Shown here piece after piece: positions 26,516-37,208 of a stretch of DNA of 64,000 nt; positions within the stretch are counted from its first letter, which is position 1, and each line of letters starts with the position of its first letter. Origin of the DNA: an uncultured Saprospiraceae bacterium (GTDB lineage Bacteria; Bacteroidota; Bacteroidia; Chitinophagales; Saprospiraceae); assembly GCA_964627995.1 (NCBI GenBank), contig CAZVLN010000004.1:28682-92681 (forward strand). The letters are read 5' to 3'. Both the position numbers and the translations under genes were made by a program. The notes beneath the pieces were generated by a model. That model saw only the letters and a list, made by a program, of their open reading frames with translations. It ran no database searches and was not told where the DNA came from.

Positions 26516-28636
26516 TTAACTGATAATACTCCAAACCTGAAGACTGCGGCCCTCAGTTTCCATATAACTGGCAATTGGGCGGTGAGCAGATGACATGAGA
26601 TCCGGGTCTTTTTTCAAAATCAGATTTACAGCTTTACGAGCTAGAGCAACAATATCCTGGTCTTCACTTATTTTTGCTAGTTTAAGACCCAGGTCACCAC
26701 TCTGTCGAGTGCCGGCCATCTCCCCGGGACCTCGCAATTCCAAATCTACTTCAGAAATTTTAAATCCATCATTGGTGCTGCACATGGTTTCCATGCGTTT
26801 TTTTGCATCCTTAGAAAGTGCAAAATCCGTCATAAGTATGCAGTAAGATTTCTCTGCGCCTCTTCCTACACGACCGCGCAATTGGTGCAATTGAGAAAGC
26901 CCAAAACGCTCCGCATTTTCAATCAACATAACTGTAGCGTTTGGAACATTTACACCCACTTCTATGACCGTGGTGGCTACCATAATGTGCGTTTTACGAG
27001 CTAGAAACTTCTGCATCTCTGCTTCTTTTTCATTTGCTTTCATCTGGCCATGAACCATGCACAATTGATATTGGGGCCGGGGAAAATATTCCAGGAGGCG
27101 CTCGTAGCCATTCATCAGGTCGCGCAATTGCAGCTTGTTCGATTCCTCTATGAGTGGATATACAATATAAATTTGTCGGCCCTGATGAATCTGGTTTCGA
27201 ATAAATTTATAGGTCTCCATTCGCTGGCCATCTCTGACGTGTATGGTTTTTACCGGCTGTCTGCCCGGTGGCAATTCATCGATAGAGCTTACATCCAAAT
27301 CACCATAAAGTGTCATAGCTAGAGTTCGGGGAATGGGCGTAGCTGTCATGACCAGGACATGGGGGGGGTGATTGGGATTTTTTGCCCATAAAGCGGCTCG
27401 CTGTTTGACACCAAAGCGATGCTGTTCATCAGTAATCGCAAGGCCCAAAGTTTTGAACTTGACAAAAGGCTGGATTAGTGCATGTGTGCCAATGATGATG
27501 TCGATTTCTCCCGCTTCCAACCGCTCCAATATGTCCTGGCGAGCCTGTCCTTTGATTGAGCCCGACAAAAAGGCAATATCTATATCCATTTCCTTCAGAT
27601 ACTCGCCAACGGAAATGTAATGTTGCCTCGCTAAAATCTCGGTGGGCGCCATAATACAAGCTTGATACCCATTATCTATTGCAATTAAGGCACTTAAGAG
27701 GGCAACGATTGTTTTACCACTCCCTACATCTCCTTGCAGCAGTCGATTCATTTGATATCCGGCCTTCATATCCCGCCGGATTTCTTTGAGAACTCGCTGT
27801 TGAGCGCGAGTGAGTGTAAACGGTAAATGCTTATTGTAAAACTCTAGAAATGCATCTCCAATGATTTCAAATTTGGCGCCGCGAATTTTTCGTTTGTGTT
27901 TCAGATTTTGCTTCACCATCACCCACTGAGTAAAAAAGAGTTCTTCAAACTTAATCCTCCATCGGGCCGCATCGAGGTCCGATTGGCTCTCAGGAAAATG
28001 TATGTTATGCAAGGCTTTTACGCGGGAAACTAAATTTAGTTTGTTCATCAGGTAGGCGGGCATATTTTCCGCAATACCGGCACTGGCCAAGCCCTCTATC
28101 AGACTTTGCATGACTCTGCGCCTGGTTTTCACGGTTAAGCCTTTTCTATTGAGTAACTCTGTACTTTCATAAACGGGGGCAAAAGGATGGGCTGCCTTAA
28201 GTTGATTGGGGTCGTACGGGGTCATTTCCGGATGTGGAAAATTCAGCTTTTGCTGAAATCGCTGCACCGTTCCATATGCTATATATTCCTTTCCGACTTT
28301 AAGGCTAGACTTTACCCAGTCTACGCCCCTAAACCAAACCAATTCAATAGCACCAGTGTCATCTTCGAGGTGAGATAACAACCTGCGTTTCCTTCCCTGC
28401 CCCATGACAGTAAATGGACCCAAACGACCGCGAATTTGGACCGGGAGGTCTGTGGATTCAATTGACCCAATAGATGAGATTTTGGTCCGGTCTTCATATC
28501 GAAAAGGAAAATCGTACAATAGGTCTCCAAAAGTGGTAAACCCGCGTTCTTTTTTTAGTAGCTCAGCTTTTGCCGGCCCTACACCCTTTAGATAGGTGAG
28601 TGGTTTATCCAGGTATGAATTAAAATAAGAACTCAT
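26516..28636 (-). CDS. recG: ATP-dependent DNA helicase RecG
   Basis: 706 aa. Walker A GDVGSGKT, DEQH box TDEQHRFG, and an N-terminal wedge/OB region. Confidence 0.95.
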   Translation of the reverse strand: MSSYFNSYLDKPLTYLKGVGPAKAELLKKERGFTTFGDLLYDFPFRYEDRTKISSIGSIESTDLPVQIRGRLGPFTVMGQGRKRRLLSHLEDDTGAIELVWFRGVDWVKSSLKVGKEYIAYGTVQRFQQKLNFPHPEMTPYDPNQLKAAHPFAPVYESTELLNRKGLTVKTRRRVMQSLIEGLASAGIAENMPAYLMNKLNLVSRVKALHNIHFPESQSDLDAARWRIKFEELFFTQWVMVKQNLKHKRKIRGAKFEIIGDAFLEFYNKHLPFTLTRAQQRVLKEIRRDMKAGYQMNRLLQGDVGSGKTIVALLSALIAIDNGYQACIMAPTEILARQHYISVGEYLKEMDIDIAFLSGSIKGQARQDILERLEAGEIDIIIGTHALIQPFVKFKTLGLAITDEQHRFGVKQRAALWAKNPNHPPHVLVMTATPIPRTLAMTLYGDLDVSSIDELPPGRQPVKTIHVRDGQRMETYKFIRNQIHQGRQIYIVYPLIEESNKLQLRDLMNGYERLLEYFPRPQYQLCMVHGQMKANEKEAEMQKFLARKTHIMVATTVIEVGVNVPNATVMLIENAERFGLSQLHQLRGRVGRGAEKSYCILMTDFALSKDAKKRMETMCSTNDGFKISEVDLELRGPGEMAGTRQSGDLGLKLAKISEDQDIVALARKAVNLILKKDPDLMSSAHRPIASYMETEGRSLQVWSIIS

Positions 28637-28857
28637 GGAACAAATATCTCAAATTTTCGCGGGAGATAGGAAACTCAAATCCGAATTTACAACCACTTTA
28701 ATCCGCCTTTGTTATTTTTATGCTTTAATTTGTGAAATAACAACACTAGTTGGGTCTTAAGGATAACTTTTAAGGCCAGGCAAGACAATAAATACCCGAT
28801 AAAATCTTCTTTTAGTAGCTTGAAAGAGGTTTGATCATTCAATAAAAGATTAAGATA

Positions 28858-29235
28858 ATGGAGAGCATCAGACAAAAACAAGTGGCGGAAACAGTAAAGC
28901 GACATTTTAGCTTTGTACTGCAACAAGAGGCGAGTTATATGACGAGTGAGGCAGCACTTATTACTGTTACTAATGTCATGATGACGCCCGACTTGAGTAT
29001 TGCTAAAATATACCTCAGTATTTTCAATACTGATAATAAGCAGGAAACTTTATTGGAGTTACAGGATAATATGCCTCGCTTACGGCAGGCCTTAGGTGCG
29101 CGCTTGAAAAATCATGTGCGGCGCATTCCTGAATTAGACTTATTTATTGACGATACTCTGGATGAAATGTATCGGTTGAATGAACTTTTCGATAAACTAG
29201 AGGCGGAAAATCAAATGGGTACAGAGGAAGAATAA
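28858..29235 (+). CDS. rbfA: Ribosome-binding factor A
   Basis: 125 aa. SIRQKQVAETVKRHFSFVL... and ..RRIPELDLFIDDT.. are typical of RbfA. Confidence 0.9.
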   Translation: MESIRQKQVAETVKRHFSFVLQQEASYMTSEAALITVTNVMMTPDLSIAKIYLSIFNTDNKQETLLELQDNMPRLRQALGARLKNHVRRIPELDLFIDDTLDEMYRLNELFDKLEAENQMGTEEE

Positions 29236-29349
29236 ATTGCGCGTCTACAAATACGCACCCTCCTGGCAAATCCTCTTATCATTCCTTTTGAGCTGAGGTT
29301 TTTCGCCTCAACTTTTGCTTATTATTAATTCCACAAAAAAATTCTGATT

Positions 29350-30615
29350 CTACTTTCTACTTCCTTTCGGAGGTATAGGTGAACCGTGTGGATCACTATC
29401 CGGAGAGCCGAGGAGTTCATCCACCTCGTCCAAAAGCTCGTCTGATAAAAAATGCTCGTAATTTTCAGCTTCTTCATGGATTTGGTCGGGATCCAGATGA
29501 AGTTTGTTGACCAGGTATGTTTCCCACAAGCGATGTGCACGAATGAGTTTCAAGGCCATAATTTCTCCCGTCTGATTAAGCTTTAAATATGGCTGCTCAG
29601 ACGAAATAACTCCCTTTCTTTTTAGACTTTGAATATAGGATCGAACCTTTTTATTTGACAAGTTTAATTTTTCCGCAACATCGATAGGCGTTGGGTGAGA
29701 CTCTGCATTCCTAAAAATATATTTAATGATATCTTCCTTATAAATCCGCTGATTGAGCCGAATACGTCTCAAATATTTATATAAAAGTCCCTTTCTAAGC
29801 GCAAAGATGGCTGAAAAAACATACATTATAGTGGCTACTAGTACCATGACGGGTCCCGGAGGACTATCGAGCAGGATGGCAAAGCCCAGCCCAACAACTG
29901 TTGAAAGGACACCAAAAAGAGCGGACAAAAACAATACATAGTGAAGGCGATCCGTCCAAAGTAAGGCAGTTGAAGCCGGAGTAATAAGTAAGGCCACGAC
30001 CAAAATCACCCCTACCGTTTGCAGTGCAGATACTACAGTAAAGGACAGCAATATCATGATCATATAATGGATAAAGGTTACAGGCACGCCCATTGCAGCT
30101 GCAATCATGGGTTGGAAAGTGCTGATAAACAAGGGTCTGTAAAATACAGCTACCATAAAGATGACGTAAGCCGAAATGGCAAGGGTGAGCCATAAATCCT
30201 CATCGGAAACCCCCAGCACATTGCCGAATAGAAAATCCTTTAGATCCAGATGTACACCTTCAGATTGTGATAACCAGGATATACCAATTACACCTATGGA
30301 AAACATGGCTGTAAACACAATTCCAATGGCAGCATCACCTTTCGTTTTCACCCGATGTTCAGCCCAGGTAATACCCAGCGCGGTGATAATACCGGCCACA
30401 ACAGCACCTAGAAAAAAACCGCCCGCATTATACCCAAAGATCAGAAAAGCAAAAACAACGCCCGGTAAAATAGAATGCGATAAGGCATCACCAATCATAG
30501 ACATTCGCCGCAGCACGATAAATACACCGAGTACGCCACAACTCAATCCGACCAGGCAAGAAGCCGTTAGAGCACGAAACACCCAGGGCGTCGACAAATA
30601 GCTATAAAAATCCAT
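29350..30615 (-). CDS. ABC-3 (ZnuB/MntB/TroCD-type) metal transporter permease fused to a C-terminal DtxR/MntR-like metalloregulator domain
   Basis: aa 1-273 form a multi-TM ABC-3 permease (..RRMSMIGDALSHSILPGV..). aa 274-421 form a wHTH plus DtxR dimerisation region: RAHRLWETYL (H361, E365) and HEEAENYEH (H380, E384, E387, H388) align with DtxR H79/E83 and H98/C102/E105/H106. It ends in DPHGSPIP. Confidence 0.8.
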   Translation of the reverse strand: MDFYSYLSTPWVFRALTASCLVGLSCGVLGVFIVLRRMSMIGDALSHSILPGVVFAFLIFGYNAGGFFLGAVVAGIITALGITWAEHRVKTKGDAAIGIVFTAMFSIGVIGISWLSQSEGVHLDLKDFLFGNVLGVSDEDLWLTLAISAYVIFMVAVFYRPLFISTFQPMIAAAMGVPVTFIHYMIMILLSFTVVSALQTVGVILVVALLITPASTALLWTDRLHYVLFLSALFGVLSTVVGLGFAILLDSPPGPVMVLVATIMYVFSAIFALRKGLLYKYLRRIRLNQRIYKEDIIKYIFRNAESHPTPIDVAEKLNLSNKKVRSYIQSLKRKGVISSEQPYLKLNQTGEIMALKLIRAHRLWETYLVNKLHLDPDQIHEEAENYEHFLSDELLDEVDELLGSPDSDPHGSPIPPKGSRK

Positions 30616-30694
30616 CTCTACTCAAGTTTAGACAAAGCTAAAAATAAATTTCATGAATACACAAAGCAAGACTTTAGGAGTGATTTTTATTTTC

Positions 30695-30817
30695 TGGGGC
30701 TGCCCCCATCGATGGAATACATCTCGGGGTCGGGCTATGCAGGGGTTCCGTCCCCGATATCGCAAAGCGATTATCGGGACCCGCAGTTTCACTTGCGGCC
30801 CTTACTATCCCTCAGCC
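30695..30817. repeat. Copy of the G+C-rich structured repeat family
   Basis: cggggtcgggctatgcaggggttccgtcc at 30725-30753 matches 7792-7818. Hairpins cccgata..tatcggg and ccgca..tgcgg. Ends in cttactatccctcagcc. Confidence 0.6.
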
Positions 30818-30846
30818 AAAAAGCCTTTAATTTGATACAAATAGAA

Positions 30847-31461
30847 TTAAAGAATATATTCCAGGCGCAAATTTATGGAATACGGGAATAGCGGATTCAG
30901 CTCATCGGGTTGGAAAGCAGGAGCTACGGCTTGAATAGATCGGGTATACCTCACATTAAGCGCCCAGTTTCGATGCCATTGAAAACGGAGTCCACCCAAT
31001 AGACTTATATCATTTGAACTCACCTGCTCAGCGGCAGCTTCTTCAAAACCTATAGCTTGACTCCGAATCAGGCGGCCGAAGGAGGCTCCCGCATAAAGTC
31101 CTAATTTGCCATAGCTCATACCATCTTCAGATTCTTGAATCCAATCTTTTATCATAAAGGAAACTGGAATTTCGATATAGTCTAAGTCAAAACCCGTTCG
31201 TTCGATAAAAGACCTGTCAATTAAGCTCGAGCGACTGCCGCGCTGGGAGTAAAGCAAATCCACATATAAATCAAACCGTTTATTTAAAAACACAATGGCC
31301 TGCAAGCCCCCTGAAAAGCCTACCTTGTCGTATCCGGCATTGCCTTCGCCCTGCACCTGTGATAAGCTTGGGCCTAGAACCACGGCTGCTCCAAAGCGTT
31401 GTGAAAATAGAGCGCTACTGCAGCTAAGCATGCAAAAAAGAATAATTATAGTATTGCGCAT
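30847..31461 (-). CDS. Small outer-membrane beta-barrel protein (PorT/OMP_b-brl_2-like)
   Basis: Signal peptide MRNTIIILFCMLSCSSALFSQ. Motifs ..LLYSQRGSRS.. and ..LDYIEIPVSFMIK.. are typical of this beta-barrel family. Confidence 0.7.
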   Translation of the reverse strand: MRNTIIILFCMLSCSSALFSQRFGAAVVLGPSLSQVQGEGNAGYDKVGFSGGLQAIVFLNKRFDLYVDLLYSQRGSRSSLIDRSFIERTGFDLDYIEIPVSFMIKDWIQESEDGMSYGKLGLYAGASFGRLIRSQAIGFEEAAAEQVSSNDISLLGGLRFQWHRNWALNVRYTRSIQAVAPAFQPDELNPLFPYSINLRLEYIL

Positions 31462-31560
31462 AGTGTTGATTGATATATATTAAACTTAAGGAGTCGTGAA
31501 ATAATTTCATAACAAAGAAAAGGAAATAATTTTTCTACTTTTGATAAAAACAGTGATCAG

Positions 31561-31824
31561 GTGAATCCAACGAGACATACCTTAAAAAAAATAGAGCAGT
31601 TGTTTGAAGAAGCGGGCTATGAAATTATTTACGAAAGAGGCCATTTTACATCCGGATATTGCCTGGTAGAACATCAGAGAAAATTAGTTATCAATAAATT
31701 TTATGATGTAGAAGGTCGTATTCAAGCCTTTATAGACCTCCTAGATGAAGTGAAAATTGATCCTGATAAACTTAGTCCCAAAACAACTAAGATCTTTAAG
31801 GAGTTATATAAACTAAAGAATTAA
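31561..31824 (+). CDS. Small conserved hypothetical protein
   Basis: 87 aa ORF with a GTG start and no internal Met. It ends 1 nt before the next gene and has ordinary, non-repetitive amino-acid composition. Confidence 0.5.
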   Translation: MNPTRHTLKKIEQLFEEAGYEIIYERGHFTSGYCLVEHQRKLVINKFYDVEGRIQAFIDLLDEVKIDPDKLSPKTTKIFKELYKLKN

Positions 31825-31825
31825 T

Positions 31826-32587
31826 TTGAAAGTCACTTTTTTAGGAACTGGAACTTCTCAAGGCGTACCTGTCATTGGATGTGACTGTGCAGTATGTTTA
31901 TCAAAGGACGAGAAAGACAATCGTCTACGCTCTTCCATCATGTTTGAAAAAGAAGGGTATGGCTTATTAGTTGATACAGGGCCAGACTTTAGATATCAAA
32001 TGTTGAGGGCCCAAATATCACGAATCGACGCCGTTTTGATGACTCATTTTCACAATGATCATATTGCAGGGCTGGATGATATTCGCCCCTTCAATTTCCG
32101 TCAGGGAGCCTCTATTGATGTCTTTGCTGATGAATTGACACACAAAGCTTTAGAGCATAAATACGATTATGTTTTTGATAGCGAACCTTATCCGGGAGCT
32201 CCAAAGGTCAATTTGCATCATCATAACTTTGAACCTTTCTCCTTAGGCCCTTTTGAAATTTCACCCTTCAAAATTTACCACGGAAAATTACCCATTACAG
32301 CCTACCGGGTTGATGATGTTTTGTATATGACGGATGTCAAGACAATTCCTGAAGAAGCTTACCGTTTATTTGATGATGCAGACATTTTAATAATTAATGC
32401 CCTTCGGAGAGAAGAGCATCACTCACATTTGAATTTGTCTGAAGCGCTTGATGAATCTGAGCGAATTGGAGCGAAGAAAACATACTTTATGCATATTTCT
32501 CATTATTTGGGACTTCATGATGAGGTTAAAAAAGAATTGCCGCCTGAGGTTGATCTTGCCTACGACACCCTTTCCATAGAGATATAG
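31826..32587 (+). CDS. MBL-fold metallo-hydrolase (PhnP-like)
   Basis: TTG start is needed to keep the conserved KVTFLGTGTSQGVPVIGCDCAVC N-terminus. HxHxDH motif HFHNDH. Confidence 0.8.
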   Translation: MKVTFLGTGTSQGVPVIGCDCAVCLSKDEKDNRLRSSIMFEKEGYGLLVDTGPDFRYQMLRAQISRIDAVLMTHFHNDHIAGLDDIRPFNFRQGASIDVFADELTHKALEHKYDYVFDSEPYPGAPKVNLHHHNFEPFSLGPFEISPFKIYHGKLPITAYRVDDVLYMTDVKTIPEEAYRLFDDADILIINALRREEHHSHLNLSEALDESERIGAKKTYFMHISHYLGLHDEVKKELPPEVDLAYDTLSIEI

Positions 32588-32598
32588 ACTAAGATGAC

Positions 32599-34650
32599 AT
32601 GCCTAATAAACTCGAACACGAACATAGCCCTTACCTGCAACAGCATAAAGATAATCCGGTAGAATGGTATTCCTGGGGAGAAGAAGCCTTCGATAAAGCT
32701 AAAAATGAGGATAAACCCATTCTCTTGAGTATAGGTTATGCCACTTGTCATTGGTGTCATGTGATGGCTCATGAGTCTTTTGAAGATGAGCGCATTGCCG
32801 GCATAATGAATGAGTTGTTTATCAATATTAAAGTTGATCGGGAAGAGATGCCGGCCGTTGATCATTATTATATGGATGCTGTGCAATTATTAACGGGAAG
32901 GGGGGGGTGGCCGTTAAATTGTTTTCTGACACCCGATCAAAAACCATTTTTAGGTGGCACCTACTTTCCGCCTGAAGATCGAGGACAACAGGTTTCCTGG
33001 CGCAAAGTATTGCTTCATGTCGCTAAAGTTTTCCAGCAGCAGCGAGATCAAGTAGAACTGCAAGCCCGTCGGATTCACGACCGAATCGAAAGTCAGCAAA
33101 GTGATGATCTTGAACCCCTACTAAGCTGGAAAAAAAATGAAAGCCAAATTGATCTTGCTACCCTTTTAGTCTCAACGCAAGGAAGTTGGGATCTCGAACA
33201 CGGAGGAATGAAGGGGGCTCCCAAATTTCCAATGCCTCATGTTTATTTAACTTTCCTTTTTGGTGCATTATATACCGAAGATAAAGACACGCAATCATTC
33301 GTCAGACGCACTGCGCTGGCATTTATTCAAGGGGGATTATTTGACCCTATACGTGGTGGTTTTTCTCGGTATTGTGTGGACGCACAATGGCAAGTTCCTC
33401 ACTTTGAGAAGATGTTATATGATAATGCAGGTATCTTAAAATTACTCAGTCTTCTAAATAGAGAAAAAATAGATCCGATGTTCAGTTGGGCCCTTGAGGC
33501 AACGGTGGACTTCTTAGATAGCCAAATGTGCGATGACGATCACCTGTTTTTTAGTGCAATAGATGCAGACTCAGAAGGTGAGGAGGGTAAATTTTATACT
33601 TGGTCCTTTCAAGAGTTGGAGGAGATTCTTGAAATTGATGATTTAGAATTATTAGGAGCCTACTTTGATCTCGAAAAGGAGGGAAATTGGGAAGGTACAA
33701 ACGTGTTATACTCTAATCTATCAAAGACAGAATCCTTTTTACAAGGGCATACTTTAGAAGATCTCGATAAAGTACTAAGCATCCTGCAGCAAGAAGCTCA
33801 AGATCGAGTACCCCCCGATATAGACAGGAAGAAGCTAGTGGACTGGAATGCCATGCTAGTCGATAGCCTATTGGCCGTGGCTAGATACACGAAATCTGAG
33901 GAAGCAGAAAGGATGGCTTTAAAAGTCTTAAAGCAAATACTTGATGAATTTGTTTCTGAATCAGGCAGCTTGAGATATCATGCAAAAAAAGGAAAAGACA
34001 AATATGGAGAGCCCACTATTGATGATTATGCATATTTGATTCAAGCCTGTATTTCAGCTTATGGCTTCACCCTTGATACAAAGTATATTGAAAAAGCGCA
34101 AACGTTGACCGAAAGTGTTTTTAAGCTTTTCTCAAATACCGAGATGGCGCTTTTTTACTCCATTAGTTCAGATTCAAATCAAATGAAATATCGACCAATA
34201 GCTTATTACGACAGTCCTTATCCTTCAGGGAATGCCGTAATGTGCAAAAATTTACATATTTTAGGTAAATATAGCGGTAAAACCGCGTGGATAGATCATG
34301 CAGAGAAAATGGTTTATCAACTCAAAGATAAAATTCAGAGAGCGCCCACAGCTTTTGGCGCCTGGCTAGATGTTATTATCCATATGGAGCAACGAAATCA
34401 CGAAATTGCCATTATTGGGCCTCTCGCACAAGAGTGGGGGAGAACGATAAGGCCTCTAGTATTACCTGATACCGTAATCATGGTTCAGGAGTCTCCGGAT
34501 AAAAGGTATCCATTGCTTGACAGGGCAGTACCTTCTGGCGAAACTCGAATTTTTCTCTGCGAAAATTACAGCTGTCAATTACCATATGACACCATTGAAG
34601 CCTTTTGGAATGCATATGGTAAGACTAATCCCGTTTTGGATGGAAATTAA
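32599..34650 (+). CDS. Thioredoxin-domain protein (DUF255/YyaL family with (alpha/alpha)6 C-terminal domain)
   Basis: NRLxxExSPYLxQH-type N-terminus ([29 protein letters not shown]) and a CHWCHVM motif. Length 683 aa. Confidence 0.85.
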   Translation: MPNKLEHEHSPYLQQHKDNPVEWYSWGEEAFDKAKNEDKPILLSIGYATCHWCHVMAHESFEDERIAGIMNELFINIKVDREEMPAVDHYYMDAVQLLTGRGGWPLNCFLTPDQKPFLGGTYFPPEDRGQQVSWRKVLLHVAKVFQQQRDQVELQARRIHDRIESQQSDDLEPLLSWKKNESQIDLATLLVSTQGSWDLEHGGMKGAPKFPMPHVYLTFLFGALYTEDKDTQSFVRRTALAFIQGGLFDPIRGGFSRYCVDAQWQVPHFEKMLYDNAGILKLLSLLNREKIDPMFSWALEATVDFLDSQMCDDDHLFFSAIDADSEGEEGKFYTWSFQELEEILEIDDLELLGAYFDLEKEGNWEGTNVLYSNLSKTESFLQGHTLEDLDKVLSILQQEAQDRVPPDIDRKKLVDWNAMLVDSLLAVARYTKSEEAERMALKVLKQILDEFVSESGSLRYHAKKGKDKYGEPTIDDYAYLIQACISAYGFTLDTKYIEKAQTLTESVFKLFSNTEMALFYSISSDSNQMKYRPIAYYDSPYPSGNAVMCKNLHILGKYSGKTAWIDHAEKMVYQLKDKIQRAPTAFGAWLDVIIHMEQRNHEIAIIGPLAQEWGRTIRPLVLPDTVIMVQESPDKRYPLLDRAVPSGETRIFLCENYSCQLPYDTIEAFWNAYGKTNPVLDGN

Positions 34651-35626
34651 AAATACACATATTATATCATGGTTGTGTTGTCTATTTCTCATAGGCGCAG
34701 CGACGCTTTGCAGGGCACAACAAATGCCTCATTATTCCCTCTTTGACCAAAACTTATACGGCTTTAATCCCGCTTACGCCGGAATGGATTTAAAACTGAC
34801 AGCAACAGGTATTTACAGGTCTCAGTGGAATGGTATTGAGGGACAACCCGAGCGATATCACTTCAACGGACACCTTCCTGTTTTTGCCTGGTTAGGTGGA
34901 GCAGGACTAGTTTTGGAAACCGAACAGATAGGTCCTCGTCGATGGACGCAGTTTGCACTTTCTTATAATTATGTGCTGAGTTCCGAATTTGGAATTTTTT
35001 CCTTTGGAGTGAGACCCGGACTTCGATCCTGGGCCTTTGATGGAAGCCAATTAACTACACCAGGCGGTACATATGAGGATGGCGCTTTAAACCACGAGGA
35101 TCCCGTTTTATCCACTCAGGCACTGGGAGCTACCCAGTTTAATGTAGATTTAGGCGTTCATTATCGGGGGTTTAATGTCAATGCCGGAGTATTTGCTCAA
35201 CAAGTTCTTCCCGCTACGGCTCAGTTGGAAGAGGATTTTGGCTACGACGCAAATTTAGAGTGGGGAATTTATGGCTTATATCAAGTTGAGGGTCCATATT
35301 CCATAGAGTGGCGCCCCTCTTTTTTGATTATCTCTGATGGTCAGCGAACCCAAAGCACGTTAAAAGTTGGAGCTTTGCTTAGCGAATCTTATTATGCACA
35401 TGCAGGTGTAAGAGGTTACTCCTCCCAATCTTTAGATGCTTTTATTATTGGTGGCGGAATAAAATTGAATGATGAAATTTGGGCCTTTTTTAATCTGGAT
35501 TTAGGATTATCTGAATTGCGGAATGTACATTCCGGGTCACAGGAAATTATAATCAGATACAGCTTTTTAGGGGATATTGGAGGGATTGTGCCACCCAGAG
35601 TGATATATAACTCAAGGCATATGTAA
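34640..35626 (+). CDS. porP: Type IX secretion system membrane protein, PorP/SprF family
   Basis: Signal peptide then [22 protein letters not shown], the PorP/SprF N-terminal signature. ATG at 34640 overlaps the upstream gene end by 11 nt. The longer ORF from 34517 would run inside the upstream gene. Confidence 0.8.
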   Translation: MEIKNTHIISWLCCLFLIGAATLCRAQQMPHYSLFDQNLYGFNPAYAGMDLKLTATGIYRSQWNGIEGQPERYHFNGHLPVFAWLGGAGLVLETEQIGPRRWTQFALSYNYVLSSEFGIFSFGVRPGLRSWAFDGSQLTTPGGTYEDGALNHEDPVLSTQALGATQFNVDLGVHYRGFNVNAGVFAQQVLPATAQLEEDFGYDANLEWGIYGLYQVEGPYSIEWRPSFLIISDGQRTQSTLKVGALLSESYYAHAGVRGYSSQSLDAFIIGGGIKLNDEIWAFFNLDLGLSELRNVHSGSQEIIIRYSFLGDIGGIVPPRVIYNSRHM

Positions 35627-35821
35627 TAATATCCAAGCAAAAGTTGTCGAACTAGAATATATTTTCATAAATTAGCGAGACCTTAATGAAATTCGTGTCA
35701 AAATTATGTTGGAAGCGCAATTTTCACGATAAAAAAACAGTTTACATTTTGATAGTTCAACGAACGAACTATCTTTACAACGTCTTTTTTACCCTAATCT
35801 GAATTGAAATCAGAACCAGAC

Positions 35822-37060
35822 ATGAGAAATCAAACACTACACATCCTAATTATTTCGCTGCTTGGAACGCTTTTTATTGCCTCCTGCGGAACGAAAGAAA
35901 GTGGCCAGCTTATTGGCGTTCAAGACCGTCCCGCATGGAACGGTATAAATCCTTATGGCATGGTTTACGTGCCCTCAGGTCGATTACATATCGGCCAGAG
36001 CGATGAAGATATCTTCAATACGTTTAACGCTAGACCAAAAGCTGTCTCCATTTCAGGATTTTATATGGATGACACGGAAATTTCAAATAACGAATACCGT
36101 CAATTTGTATTTTGGGTACGTGACAGTATTGCTCACGTTTATATGGATGACTTTATTGAGGACGAGTATGGTAACCAACGTATCGATTGGTCTTTTGAAT
36201 TAGATTATCAGGACGAATTGTTGGCCGATATGTATCTGTCACCTGATCAAACTTTATACGGTAAAAAAGAGCTTAATACGGCGATTTTGGACTATGAGTG
36301 GAAATGGGTAGATTGGCAAAAAGCAGCACATAACAGAAATGCTTCTATTGACGAGGTTCTTAATGAAGAAGTTGTAAATATCTATCCTGACACAATGTGT
36401 TGGATTCGTGACTTTAAATATTCTTATAACGAGCCTATGACGCGAAATTACTTTTCGCATCCCGCTTTTGATGATTACCCGGTTGTAGGAATAACTTGGA
36501 AACAAGCTAAAGCTTTTTCTTATTGGAGAACACGAATGTGGTCAACAAAAAGACAAGATGAACCTAACTCTGAGGACTTCCGTCTTCCTAACGAATACGA
36601 GTGGGAATATGCGGCTCGCGCAGGACGCGATATGTCACCTTTCCCTTGGGGAGGTCCTTACATTAGAAACTCTAAAGGATGTTTACTAGCTAACTTCAAG
36701 CCCGGAAGAGGAAACTATGCTGAAGATGGTGGTCAGACTACCGTAGATGTATATGCTTATTACCCCAATGATTATGGTCTATATAATATGGGTGGAAATG
36801 TAGCTGAGTGGACGGAGACGGCTTACTTCGATAATGCTAATTATCATGTGCATGATCTAAATCCAGATATGAAATACGATGCAAAGGATGAAGAGCCTAA
36901 AGCAATGAAAAGAAAAGTTATTCGCGGAGGATCTTGGAAGGATATCGGTTTTTATCTTCAAAATGGTACTCGTAACTGGGAGTATCAGGATACATCCAAA
37001 TCCTATATTGGCTTTAGAAATGTTCTAACATTCTTAGGTCGTTCTGCAAACGACTATTAA
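35822..37060 (+). CDS. gldK: Gliding motility / T9SS lipoprotein GldK (PorK), FGE-sulfatase (SUMF1) fold
   Basis: Lipobox LFIASCG. SUMF1-like motifs (..GLYNMGGNVAEW.., ..RGGSWKD..). Sits first in the gldKLMN order. Confidence 0.9.
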   Translation: MRNQTLHILIISLLGTLFIASCGTKESGQLIGVQDRPAWNGINPYGMVYVPSGRLHIGQSDEDIFNTFNARPKAVSISGFYMDDTEISNNEYRQFVFWVRDSIAHVYMDDFIEDEYGNQRIDWSFELDYQDELLADMYLSPDQTLYGKKELNTAILDYEWKWVDWQKAAHNRNASIDEVLNEEVVNIYPDTMCWIRDFKYSYNEPMTRNYFSHPAFDDYPVVGITWKQAKAFSYWRTRMWSTKRQDEPNSEDFRLPNEYEWEYAARAGRDMSPFPWGGPYIRNSKGCLLANFKPGRGNYAEDGGQTTVDVYAYYPNDYGLYNMGGNVAEWTETAYFDNANYHVHDLNPDMKYDAKDEEPKAMKRKVIRGGSWKDIGFYLQNGTRNWEYQDTSKSYIGFRNVLTFLGRSANDY

Positions 37061-37208
37061 AAACAAACTTGACTGTTTGAGAGTGATTCTCTACAATAAA
37101 TATCAACAATTTAATGTTTTAGCACCCATACATTGACTACTTCAGTAGTATGGCTGGTGGTTGCTTAAAACACACTTAACCCTTTTACTAACCTAAAATT
37201 TGGCTAAC

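Noticed and set aside
28687-28926. 79-aa minus-strand ORF overlapping the rbfA start
   Set aside because: It has a hydrophobic, low-complexity translation, overlaps a confident gene, and lies in an AT-rich promoter region.
30616-30846. Metal (Mn/NiCo) riboswitch in the leader of the metal permease
   Set aside because: The reverse complement shows none of the yybP-ykoY conserved loops. The segment aligns instead with the dispersed repeat family.
34517-34639. The longer start (34517) for the PorP/SprF gene
   Set aside because: It would place 41 extra codons entirely inside the upstream thioredoxin-domain gene. The signal peptide begins right after the ATG at 34640.
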